Positions 23,595 through 34,938 of a stretch of 64,000 bases of DNA are shown piece by piece (position 1 is the first letter of the stretch; each line of letters begins with the position of its first letter). This stretch comes from Psilocybe cubensis. Taxonomy: Eukaryota. The position numbers and the translations under genes are program-made. The stretch covers positions 3,038,001 to 3,102,000 of the forward strand of contig CM038998.1 in NCBI GenBank assembly GCA_017499595.2, written 5' to 3'. The notes below the pieces were generated by a model. The model worked only from the letters and a program-made list of their open reading frames with translations. It searched no databases and was not told the DNA's origin.

Positions 23595-25035
23595 ATGTCG
23601 CGTGCTGCACCCCAGTCGCTAGACGTCCTTCGCACTAGCCCGGTAAGGGGGCAGTTAGAACCGTATGACCCGCGCACTCCAAAGGGCTGTCGATATATCC
23701 AAACCACAGATACCCCAGATGAACTCAAGGTGATTCAACCTTGTTGATAAACAAATCAATGTCGCTTGAACAATGTTTAGATGCTACTACCCCCTGCTAC
23801 TGCGTCCATGTACGAACAACTTTTAAACCTTGAAAATTACGAGCTTTCCAAGAAACCAAACATTTCTTGGGAGCGCATCATGGAAATTCGCCATCTGAAG
23901 GACCGTATGTGCCGGAAATGCCAAAAACTGGCCAAGACAGCAATGCCTATTGCAAGGACATCCTCCCGTGGGGACTCATTTGTTTTCCAGACATTTGTTG
24001 CTCCTCCAGACTTCCGTGTAAAAGAAATGGAAAAGTGGTTTAGAGAGCAACAAAAACGTGGTACAGTAACCAGTACGCCTCGGAAAACTATTGCGCCGAA
24101 TGCTTCCGGCACACAAGATTACTCTTTGGCAGGTCCATCTAGCAGTCGTCCAGTGCCCCCACCATCTTCAAGGCAGCCAATGCAAAGGTCTATAACCATT
24201 CCAGAAACATCAAACCAGGTCAAGCAGACATTGTTTCACAAGCCATTGCCTGTACAACCTTCACGTCTGGTTCAGTCTGAAATAAGGCACTCCACGACGG
24301 CTCCTCCACCACCTGATCTTGCTGGCCTTCTTTCTCCGCCTCCGCTCCCTGTACTCTTACTCTCTCAACGTGAGAGCTATGGCCTCGAAGGCGATGGTTT
24401 CCAATCTGAACTCCCTTTACCCGCTCCTCCCGTGGAAGTGGAAACTGGACCATCTCCAACTCCTCCCGAACCTACTCTTCGTCCTTCTCTGTCTCGAAAA
24501 AACAGCAGGCGCAACAGCCTTCTTGAATTGAAAACCGTTTCCTGGGCAGACAACAACGAGATAGACAAACAATTGTCGAAATACGCGGCTGCCGCTCGCG
24601 AAGCTCAAGCATCCGGTGAGGAATGCTTTTGAATCCTATTTAGGCTTTTTGGTTACCTTTTTCTAACAAATTGATTGTGAATAAAGGCAAATGGGACGAA
24701 GTTCGCGTTCTATATTTAGAACAGATCGGCGGTCTCGAAAGTCTTCATTTACAGGTCAAAGAAGGTTTGGAACAACTCCGCTCAGAGACGGATCATCTGC
24801 AACGCATTGATGAGACAATACGAAAGCAACGTGGCGCCTTAGATGCGACTTTCCAAGAATTGGAAAAGAAGCAAGCATTATTCCAGGAGAAAGGTTAGTT
24901 CATTATCTTTCCTGTGTTGATATTGCAGTTGTTTAATCTATTTCCGTTGTAGTGCAAGAAGCGCTAAGTGAAGCAAACGATGCACTCTCACGACAAGGAT
25001 TAAAGAGAGACTTGACACCCATTAACGAATCTTAA
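23595..25035 (+). CDS. Hypothetical protein with a Pro/Ser-rich middle and a C-terminal coiled coil
   Basis: Four exons splice in frame (MSRAAPQ...DELK|MLLPP...). It contains a KTVSWAD motif and a heptad-like C-terminus. Confidence 0.7.
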
Positions 25036-25294
25036 CGACCCTATAAATGACTCGCTGTTCTGTCTGCTGTTTGTAAATGTAACGACTGATATTTCATATA
25101 TACCATCAAGTGGTTCTTTTACCTTGTGTTGTATTTATAAATGATGCATATTTTTCTCATACATTGGCATGAACAGATGTGCACTACATATCTTGTGATA
25201 ATATGACTAAGTTATATCTCATGTTGAAGTGTAGATTAAGGCATGAGGTGTAGATTAAGGTATACAAAGTTGAAATACATATGAATGAGAGGTT

Positions 25295-27759
25295 TCATAG
25301 CGACGTACGCCGCCGCTTAGCATTGTTCCACCAATAACGGACAAGAGACAGGTAACTGATGAGAATTACAACTGCAAGTGAAAGGATGATTCCGAACACA
25401 TTGTGAGGACTTCCCACTGCATGTGCATTTGTGGGTATTGTGACGTTCAAAGAAAAGAGACCTAATTTGAGGGTGTAATTAGTCGACGAGATCAGGGCGA
25501 GATAACATAGGATCAAGCATACCCGTTAGAGTCTGAAGACAAAGTACTGAAAGAGTGACTACCGTTAAGAGTAGGAGGTTCATGTCTGTGGAGCCCTTAG
25601 AGGTCTCTGACATGGTCCGGAGTTGAGCCAGGTATGTCGGGTGAGACTGGCTGAGCATACGCTCATAATGGGCCAAAGAATGTTGCAAGGTCAAGATGTG
25701 GTCTATGAGCTCAATTCAATCAACGATACTCATGATGCGTAATTGCATGGCCACTAACCTTGAACATCGCCCATGTAAATGGCTACTTCGAATTCTTCGG
25801 AATTATGTCCATCTGCTGCTGCCTTCGCGAGACGCTTTTGTATTTGCATGACCACATCTGATTTGGTTGCGAGCAATCGACCCAAAACGGTAACCAATTT
25901 TCTTGTTCTAGCCATACGTCGCAAAGTAAGCTGCGTCCCACTTGGAGCCATCTCGGGCCTAGCCCACAGAAGTTCCCAAAAATTAGCCACACGTCGTTTA
26001 GTACGACGGAAAAAGAGCCGAACGTTAAGTCGAGGTGAGGCAAAACGAGGGCGATAGGAATTTCGTAGTTTCTCTGCAGGTGAATATTTTTCCTTGACTA
26101 GTGTAACCTTAGATAAAGGTGATTCTTCTTGCTTGAGAAGCGGTATAAAATCGGATGTGATAGACTTCGAGAATTCTACAGGAGGACCGGAGGGCACAAT
26201 TGGGCCGGTTTCCCCACTGTAAACAATATGATCTATAGCGAATGCTTCCTTTTCAATATCCTCGAGAAAAGGGAAAAAGGAATCAACAACGGAATCTAGA
26301 ATGTTATGGGTTATCCAATCTAATGTAAACATTTTAGAGACTTCAACGCGTCGGATAGGAAAGTGATGACCCACCCGAAGACTTGTTTACAAATTCCTCT
26401 TTCAGCAGTAGGCGATTCCTTACACGGTTGGTATGTTCTAAGCCAAAATCAGCTAACATAAATCGGCAGAGAGAATAATAATGTACCAGAGATATCTGTG
26501 AAATGGAACTAGTCTGGCCGTTTAACTTGAATATCAGAAGGAGGAAAACTGACATACACAACATATTCCATCTTTAAAGACTGTAAGGTATACATTGGCT
26601 TCTCCTATTGAGCCCTCGTCAAGTGCAGATTTGCTTGAAGTTTCCATGAGTCCGGTTTCTCGACGAATCTTATCTCTGGTGGCTTGACTCTCTATGGTTC
26701 GAAACGATATAAAATAGTAGCCCAACTTCGTGAAAAGCTCGAGTTTCTCTCGAGGGTCTTGCTGAAGAATATCCTCAAGCGTCAAAGGATGGATGTGCAG
26801 AAGCTATAACTGGTAAACGCGTTGTGACGGTAATTACAATTGTCAAACTGCACCTTGCCAATAGCCCGTAAATCTGCCCATGTGGGGTTGGCTACATCCA
26901 AAAACCATGCTTGCGGCTTGACCTGAGGTTCCTCACGGATCACTGTAGGTTTGTCCATTCTAGGTGCTGCCCTTTCTTTACCCTTTCTCGCTTTCCGGGC
27001 ACCCATAGGAGAAGCAGACATTGACCTGGGTGTGGACGTTTTACTGCGTTGAATACGCGGGATATAATGCGCAGGGGATTGTGGGGAATCTGAAGCGGCT
27101 TCAGATATACCGAGAAACTTATTTCTTGGACGGGGCCGACGATGCTTAGCAGGTTTCCGGATCGCTATATCGAGTTGCGCAAGGACCAATGGTAGGGATG
27201 TAGTCCATGTGACGCGCCGGTCTGTACTCTGGAACGCATCTGTACTAATTTGGGGAGCTTGCTGTTCATGGACTGCCGGCATCATGGAAGGTGGCAGATA
27301 TAGCGCAAACTCCCTCGGGATCTGCCTTGACCTCTCCAACGCCTTCATGCGTGTAATACGAGCTGCAATATCGCGCTCAGAAAGCATTGTGCGCAGCGAT
27401 GAGATACTCCTAGTCCTCTTCCTCCGCCTTCTGGCAAGCTGTGATTTGGTGAGAGTGGCCACGGAGGACTGGGACGATGAAGACGATGACGAGCTGGAGC
27501 TGGAAGAATCAGAAGCATTGGAAGAGTTTCCTCTGACATTTCGAGCCCATCTAGTAATCGCGAGCTCAAGCTTAGCGGCGATGGCGCCTATTCTACCGCC
27601 GGCCAGAAATGAAGAAGAGGATGAAGAAGAGGATGAAGAAGAAACCGAGTCGGCAGAATTGGAAGAGAGAGACGGGGCCGAGTCAGGAAGCTCATTATGA
27701 ATGTGAGGAGGCTCGCCCCGATATATGTCTTCCTGATTATGTTCAATGTGGACGGACAT
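25295..27759 (-). CDS. CorA-family divalent cation transporter (Alr1/Mnr2-like)
   Basis: Motifs WFLDVANPT, LHPLTLEDILQQDPREKLELF, DWITHNILDSVVDSFFP, YMGDVQDH, YERMLSQSHPTYLAQL, and two C-terminal TM helices. The signature reads GLFSLNV. Confidence 0.88.
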
Positions 27760-27901
27760 TGAAGTTGAATCGCAAAACGAAGGAACGATGGACTGACATG
27801 GGCAAACGAGAGTGTGGAGAAAAACAAATCACGAAAGCCAATACGAGTGTTCTATTTTAACATCCATTCCCACGCCAAGAAGACAGCGCCAAAATGAAAA
27901 C

Positions 27902-29425
27902 CTAAACTACTCGTTGTCGCTTGGCAGTAGGCCACCCTGAATCCGAGCTTCGTTTGCGACTGAGTCCCTCTTCTCCCTTGGCATACGGTCGGGATCGCTT
28001 CTCTTTCTGACTCTGTTTCTTTTGCCTTTTCTCCATCACTTTCTTCACAGCACGTTGTCCGCCTTCCTTGGCCAGCGCTTCGTATTTCGCCTGTACAATC
28101 AGCTTTCGTTGTTCGCCTGCAAATATCGTGTCTTTTCTAGCACCGTGTATAGATTGAAAAGAACTTCCATACCTTTCTTTAAATACCATGCTCCTTTTCC
28201 CTCACTTCGTTTCGCCCGTTCTTCCTTCTTGACTTTGCTCAGCGCTTCCCGTTGTACCTGGTCGAGTCGATCCTTGTTCACCAAACTTTCTGTTCGTTTG
28301 ATGGCCTGTTCCAACCGATACACTTCATGCTCCCGCTCACTTCTTAGTTCCTTGGGAGACGAAGAGAGCAATTTACGCGCTTGCTTCAAAGTTTCTCGCA
28401 AAGTTTGCAATTCTCTTTTACGGTTTTCCACCAGGAACCCGTACGATTTCGAAAATCTGTCTGCTGAGAACTCTCCGGCAGTGGGAAGGAATCTCGGATC
28501 GCGTGGTACCTATTTACCGCGATTAGAAGATTGAATAGTATAAAACCAGGAGTTCTAACAATCTTGGGGACTTCAATGACAGTTCTTCGTCGAGTAACAG
28601 GTTTTTTGGACGTAACTTCCATAGGTCTGGCAAATATCATTAGAATCTCTCCTATAAACTGGAGAGGAAGGTGCATACGCGTGTTTGCTTGACCTCTTAG
28701 TGATGTCTGTGCGTGGTTTTGCACTCCATTCAACCTTTTGGCCTTTCTCTTTGCCTTTCCCTTTAGTGTTGTACGTTTCTGATCCACTGTTACTCGAGAT
28801 ACGTTCGCTATCCGCTTCCGAGTCTGAATCACTTTCGGGCTCGGCCTGACTGAGGATACGTTGAGCGCGACGAAGAGCTCCCAAAGGTAAATTCTGTAGA
28901 TCTGAAATCAGTAGATAAGCAGATGTCTCCGCGGTAACAGATTTGCGTGTCGCACTGTTTTTCAGTGATACCTAATCAACACCCGAGGATTAGTTCGTCG
29001 TATTAGTTCAGTGACACAGGTATTCACACCTCCGTTCCGTCCCCCATAGCAGACTTTTCTTCGATAGGTTTCTTGTACATGAAATTTTCTTCTTCGTCAT
29101 CTTCCCATTGCGCGACTCGAGGTGCATCAGCATCTACATCGTCATCTTGCCCATGATCCTCTTCTAACCCAGTTCCCTGACTCGAACCTTCCTCAAATTC
29201 AACCTGTTCTGAGGATTCATCTTCATCTTCATTCAACTCTTCAACCTCTTCGTCGTTGTCTGCACCACCATTCTCACTTTGACTTTCGGAATCTGCATCT
29301 GCGAAGTGGATGATTTTCGGTACGGCCTTTGGCTTGATCTCGGGAACGGCCTTTTTCTGATTTTTCTTTGGTGTTCCTAGATTGTGTGGAGGCGCTCTTC
29401 TCAATGGTCGAGGGCGGCGAGGCAT
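27902..29425 (-). CDS. RRP36: rRNA biogenesis protein Rrp36
   Basis: Acidic N-terminus, [40 protein letters not shown], and a basic C-terminus. Confidence 0.9.
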
Positions 29426-29856
29426 TTGTTTTTACGGGTGGTGTGATATGTACAAAGACGTTCGGCGCTCCTCTTCAGGGTCAGATTTGGTCCCGACGGT
29501 TAAACCAAACAATAGGTCCAGGTTTTCGGAATTTGAACGATGAAAATTCATGATTCCCGGGACCAGAAACCAGAAACAAATCAAAATCCTTGAAGCTCAT
29601 TTTTGAAGTTCGAAGCTTGACTTCTCAACACTACACAGAGCTTGGTCTATCGGACCCCATATCTTAACTTCCAAGTTCTTCCAACTTGCGATCAGTGTTC
29701 CAGTTTGCTTTCACCATAGTGTGGTCATTTTGATTTTGAAAGCTTGACCTTGAAGCTGCAAAGTAACTTTGGCGAAAACGTTATGATGGTATAAAGCATA
29801 CTAGTAGTAAATACACGTCCAATAAATAAATAAATGTCAGTTCATGAAGACACCAC

Positions 29857-32800
29857 TTAATTCGTGAAAGCAGAGCGGCCTTGGTGGTCGTCTAGAAGTA
29901 CATATCGTCCATTCTCCAGTTTCAAATCTAGATAAAGCCCTCTAGATCGTGGCCCGGACCTCCACAACGGCGTGATGCCCATCCAAGCGCCCAACTTGGC
30001 CATCCATTTATAGCTGAAGGGGTGCGCCTCATATGGAGGATCACTCAGCAGGCCTTCCCATCTATATGTGGGACGAGTGCGTATCCACGAGTCGTTATGG
30101 TCCGTTCCACCACCTGTACCCAGAGTAGATGAAGGTCCCTGGGTAATAATATCAACATCCTCCATATCCAGCTCCCGTTTGTCATTTCCAATATGGAACA
30201 TTATAGCCTATAAGATACCTCAATTAATATAGAAATAACTTGAATAAGATATTGCTTACTTGGTCCGAGTCTCTGAAAACAGTGTCGTTCAAGCGTAGAT
30301 AAAGTTTATTCAAAAATCCGGCATGGAAATAATCGCCCCAACGGGGCCTTTTGTGGAGCATTCCTCTTTGCGTAAGGAAATTCTCCAGTGCAGCACGAGG
30401 CAAAGGAGTGTATGCAATAGATGTTTTGTAGTACGGATTGAAATCAGAAGCGTACTTTTCTAGGCTGGATATGGTGTCGTGATTTCTGCGCCAAAGATCA
30501 TCCTGTAAAGATGTTTTAGAGTAGCAAGAACATAAGACCGACCTATGGGCTTACCCAGAAAATATACCACCAAGTAGAAAGCTCCGATGACCGAACTGCT
30601 TCAAGTCGAGTATATGCTGCCCTAAAAGCTGGCTCGCTTTTCACCATTAAGTCCTGGATTCGACGATCTCCTTCAATCTCACATAAGCTTGCTATCAGTC
30701 CATCAGGATCTCGAGGATGGTCATAGACGAAAGTAAGAAATCGATAGGTCATGATTCGCCTCTTGCGTTGACATTCTTGTCTGTGATATAGCCTGTAATG
30801 TGATAATGTTTCCTCGATTTCGAAAAGACCCTCGTCTATAAGTTCTCGGTTAATTTGGAGGAAACGGGCAAGTGTGGGCGTAAGGTCAAAATCTTCTGTA
30901 AGGCCTAAGATATCACTGGAGACCGTCACTGTTTTGGAGTACTTGAGCTTAACACTAAAGCCACTGCCAAGCTGAAGCCCTTTCCAAAGTAAATGACCGC
31001 GTCGATTAATCTGCAATATGGCGTGTTCATAACGAGTCGAAGTCACCGCACGATAGCTCCTGGTACGCCACCAGGTGGAATAGGACCCAACGGGCTAAAA
31101 CAACAAATCGTCACACTGTAGGGACATATAATAAAAGGTTGACCTACTTGCACATCTTCATATGGCCATTGGATGACTCGCCCTTCTAGTGCTCTCAGAG
31201 ACATCCTCACAAATCGTCTTCTCTGGATATCCCTACTTGAATTTTGCGTTATGTATGCTTCAAGATCGCATGCATCATTCAACACTGTGTAGGGACCGTC
31301 GTCGTATCGAATGACCTAAACATCCTGTTCTCAGATGCCTTTATCATCAATTCAAACAGGCGCACCAAAGTAGGTGGGAATGGTATCCACCACGCGTTTC
31401 CAAAATGGCTCTTGCAATCAGGGTTGGAGGATCTGTCGGACCTTTTCCAATAACTGTCTGGGCCAACATAGTTTTTTTGAATCTCATCTTCCAGACGTCT
31501 ATACCAAGCATAATCGGGTCCCGTGGTTAAAGAAACTGCCCGGTTATATGCAATACTGCCAACTTCGCGTAAAATCTGTAGAGCGGGTCGAAGATGAAAT
31601 AATGCAGGGAGACGTGGGATTCATACCTTGAGATTTTCAACATGTCTTTCACCTGGTGTATCCATAAAATCAAGCAGATACGGGGGGAATTCGGAGTCAC
31701 GCGCCTGAGCAAAAGCCATAGCTTGCTCTTTTGGTATTTTGCATTTTGGATCAGTCAGTAGAAGTGTTGTGATAGATTCCTGCCATATCCGCCGTTTGGT
31801 ATGTATGGAAGAAGAAGATATATCTAACCTTGAATTGGGCGTAAGATATTTGTCCGTAAATTCAGAAATAGGATGAAAATACCGAGGAGAAAATATGTCG
31901 ACGCCTTTTAAGTATGACAAATATTTAACAGTTGAACCTTACGACCAAATTGCAAACGTACTGAAATCAATCCTTCGAGTCAACCCTAGTTTACTGTTAA
32001 ATTGTGTTTGATGAATGCACTGAGAAGAAATACCAACGTTTCACTACCCTTTGCATCCAGTTAAAGTTGATGAGTGAGAAGTCTGAATTATTTATCAGTC
32101 TCAAATATGAAGATAAACGGGCCAGAGGAACGTACAGAAACCAAGGCCATAGGTGATAACGTATATGCTACAGTCCTAGATTTATGTCCGTTGTAATAAT
32201 TGACAAAGTGGAAACCCACCAATACAGCACATAAGAGTCGATGATATCTTTCCCAGGAATGTTTAAAGTGATCGCTAGAGCAGTTGCCGATGTGGACAGA
32301 TAATTCAGCCTAGATGTCCATTCGCTAGCATTGTTGACAGGGTCCAAAAAGGGAGCAAACACGCATTGGGCGATGAAAAATGATAGCGTTGAAACTAAAA
32401 GGAGCGATTGGCGGATGACAGATACTTTCGAACGAGATAAGGTGCGAAATAAACAATTGTCGGGGTCGATAATCGCAATTATTGCTAAGGTGCTCAGCTT
32501 CGCGAAGAGATATGTCGATATGTAAGTGCCCCACCCCCGTCGAAACCCTGGGATTGAATATATGAGATAAAAGACGGGTCGCATGGATGCACTGCTTAAT
32601 ACCATTATATAGAAAGGCGAACGGGTTGCGGTCACGATTCAATAATCTATGGTATTCGCCATCTAGGTCCACGCTGCTACGAGGGCGACCAAGCTCTGTA
32701 AATTGATCCAACTTGGGGACAGATCGACTTATGACACGGCGAAGGGCAATAGGAAACCAGAGACCGAACTGAAGATAAGATGTGAAAAACCATAATATTC

Positions 32801-34356
32801 TCTTGAATCCATACGTACGAATAGAAATACAACCGCCGACAGAACAACCGCAATTGGGGCGAAATTGACTTCGTTTCTTTTCATCGTCGTCGTCCAACAG
32901 AAGTCCAGGGGATCGCGAAACTCGGTGGAAGGTCCGAGCGGGGCAACAATAGGCGGGTAGGTAGTCAAATTCAGGTATGGGTTAGGTATAGCCCACAATT
33001 CTTCCGACCAGACTAAAACGTGAAGCGACATCGTGCTCAAGGGTAGATAAAGTACCGTGAGCAAGAATGTCACAATGAGAATACCCCATTGGTTACGTTT
33101 CGTTTCAGTTTGTTGCAGACCTTCGATAGACGTGTACCGATCACATTGACAAGTTGATAGGTGGAAATAGTATAGCAGTACCGCTCCAATGGCCATAAAT
33201 GCGACAAAGAATAATAAAGATTGTATGACAACAGGTGCGAAATTCAGAGCGAGGATATTGGGGCTAGCATTGAAGTAGAAAGTTATATGTGGATCGGTTT
33301 CGAATAATGTACACATACATGGTACCAAGAAATAGTTTTCGCCATTTGTCTTCGACGTCCATGCCTCCCATAGGAACTAAAAAGGAGGATGAGCGAGTCT
33401 TCACATCTACTGTCGGTTGGCCAACGAACCTATAGTACTAAGAATCAATGCAAATATTTGAACTGTATTAACAAGTCCTTGTAGGCTGTAAAAAGACGCA
33501 AGTGCACTGGAACCCTGCGGGGCCGTGTCAAATTAATAGTACAAGACCTCGAATACATTGTTCGTACCAAAAAGCCAATGAGGAAGTTTGTAGAGCCACC
33601 AATGATCGAAGTTCTGTTTCTCCATGCAGGAGCTACAGTTGAATTGGTCTCTAAATCGTCAATTGAGCGTCCTGTTTTGGCCAAATCATCCATTGGCGGA
33701 AACATCCCGTCAAGCCGACTATCAACTCCGTCGTCCAGGTAAGGTGCAGAAAGTAAGGCGATATGATGGTCTAATTTGGGGAGCCAAAGCGGGTATGCAT
33801 TTCGTGAAAAAACTGACAGAGCTGGAACCGGTTTCATTGAAATATGACTATCTTCCATTGTAGCAGCATCTTTGTTCAGCTTGGAATCGTCGGGTGGATA
33901 GATATGTTTGATGATTGCGGTTGTCTCCCCTTTACGGTTGCTAGAACAGGATTCACCAAGTGGAGACAAGTTTGTTCGCAAAATATCGGTAGATTGAGTA
34001 GCGTTCTTGCAGGGATCGAATAATTTGTTGGTACGGATTGTCTTTGATGTGACTGATTGTATCGTTGGTAAAAGGGTAACGTTTGAGCTGAATGTGGCAG
34101 TTGACACTTCTGTTCGATTAGAACTAAAGGATACTCTCGGATCATCGAGGTTGTCGACAACTGATAGAGCAGGTGTTATGAAACGAGCAGGGCGAGGGGG
34201 TAGAACACTTTCATTGAGAGGAACTTCCGACACCTGACCAACACGAGCAGGGCCGTTAGATTCTAGTAATTCTGCTTGTCGTGTTGGAATTCTAGAAGTT
34301 GATTGAGATGAGCATCTCGGTTGTTCGGTTTGCTGTACAAAATCTTTCACAGCCAT
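29857..34356 (-). CDS. Large uncharacterised multi-pass membrane protein
   Basis: A disordered N-terminus, several hydrophobic segments (e.g. WGILIVTFLLTVLYLPLS, FAPIAVVLSAVVFLF, LLLVSTLSFFIAQCVFAPF) and a long soluble C-terminal domain; exons join through canonical introns. Confidence 0.75.
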
Positions 34357-34650
34357 GATTACATTGACTCTGGCTGGCTGTACTATAAGTTCAAGGTTGC
34401 TGCAAGTCGTTGATTCCTAGGTAGTCATAGGGGTATAGTTTGTCACAGTTGGATAGTTGAAATCAGGTAATGAAGTCGGTAAAAGGGTTCATACTGCTGA
34501 CCCAGACTGCCTTCTCTGGGTTGATACGGAGCCGTGTGATACTGATGCGGTGTTTTGACTTCATCTAAGTACCAAAAGGCCAAAGCCATTGACATCACTT
34601 GAGGTAGACATAATTGGTAGATCACCTGGACTCGATCACACGATTATGGG

Positions 34651-34707
34651 GTAGCCGGTGTTTCAACCGGCTACGCTAACCATGCCTAAAACCTTGCTAA
34701 AACCTTG
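34651..34707. repeat. 9-bp inverted repeat followed by an 11-bp tandem duplication
   Basis: GTAGCCGGT-gtttca-ACCGGCTAC at 34651-34674 and CTAAAACCTTG twice at 34686-34707. Confidence 0.7.
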
Positions 34708-34938
34708 ACTGTACTAATTCTTGAAATTCATGTAATATCTGTAAAGTTGTAAGGCCATTGTAGCATTAAAGTTAAATCAGACACTATAATAAATAATATA
34801 ATAGATATTGTCACTGAGTGATATTGGCGTCGTAGAATTGTCGTAGAAAGTTCGCAGTCGTCTTCTGATGATCCTGAATTTCAACTTAGAAATAGAAGAA
34901 AAGACTGGAAAAAGGTCGTGGATCAGAAGACGATGTTT

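Noticed and set aside
25229-25260. GTGTAGATTAAGG direct repeat (2 copies)
   Set aside because: Only two copies with a 6-bp spacer between convergent 3' ends; this is a local slippage duplication, not CRISPR-like or a target-site duplication around an element.
27209-27700. 163-aa plus-strand ORF with acidic runs
   Set aside because: It is the antisense shadow of the poly-Ser (TCN) N-terminus of the CorA gene.
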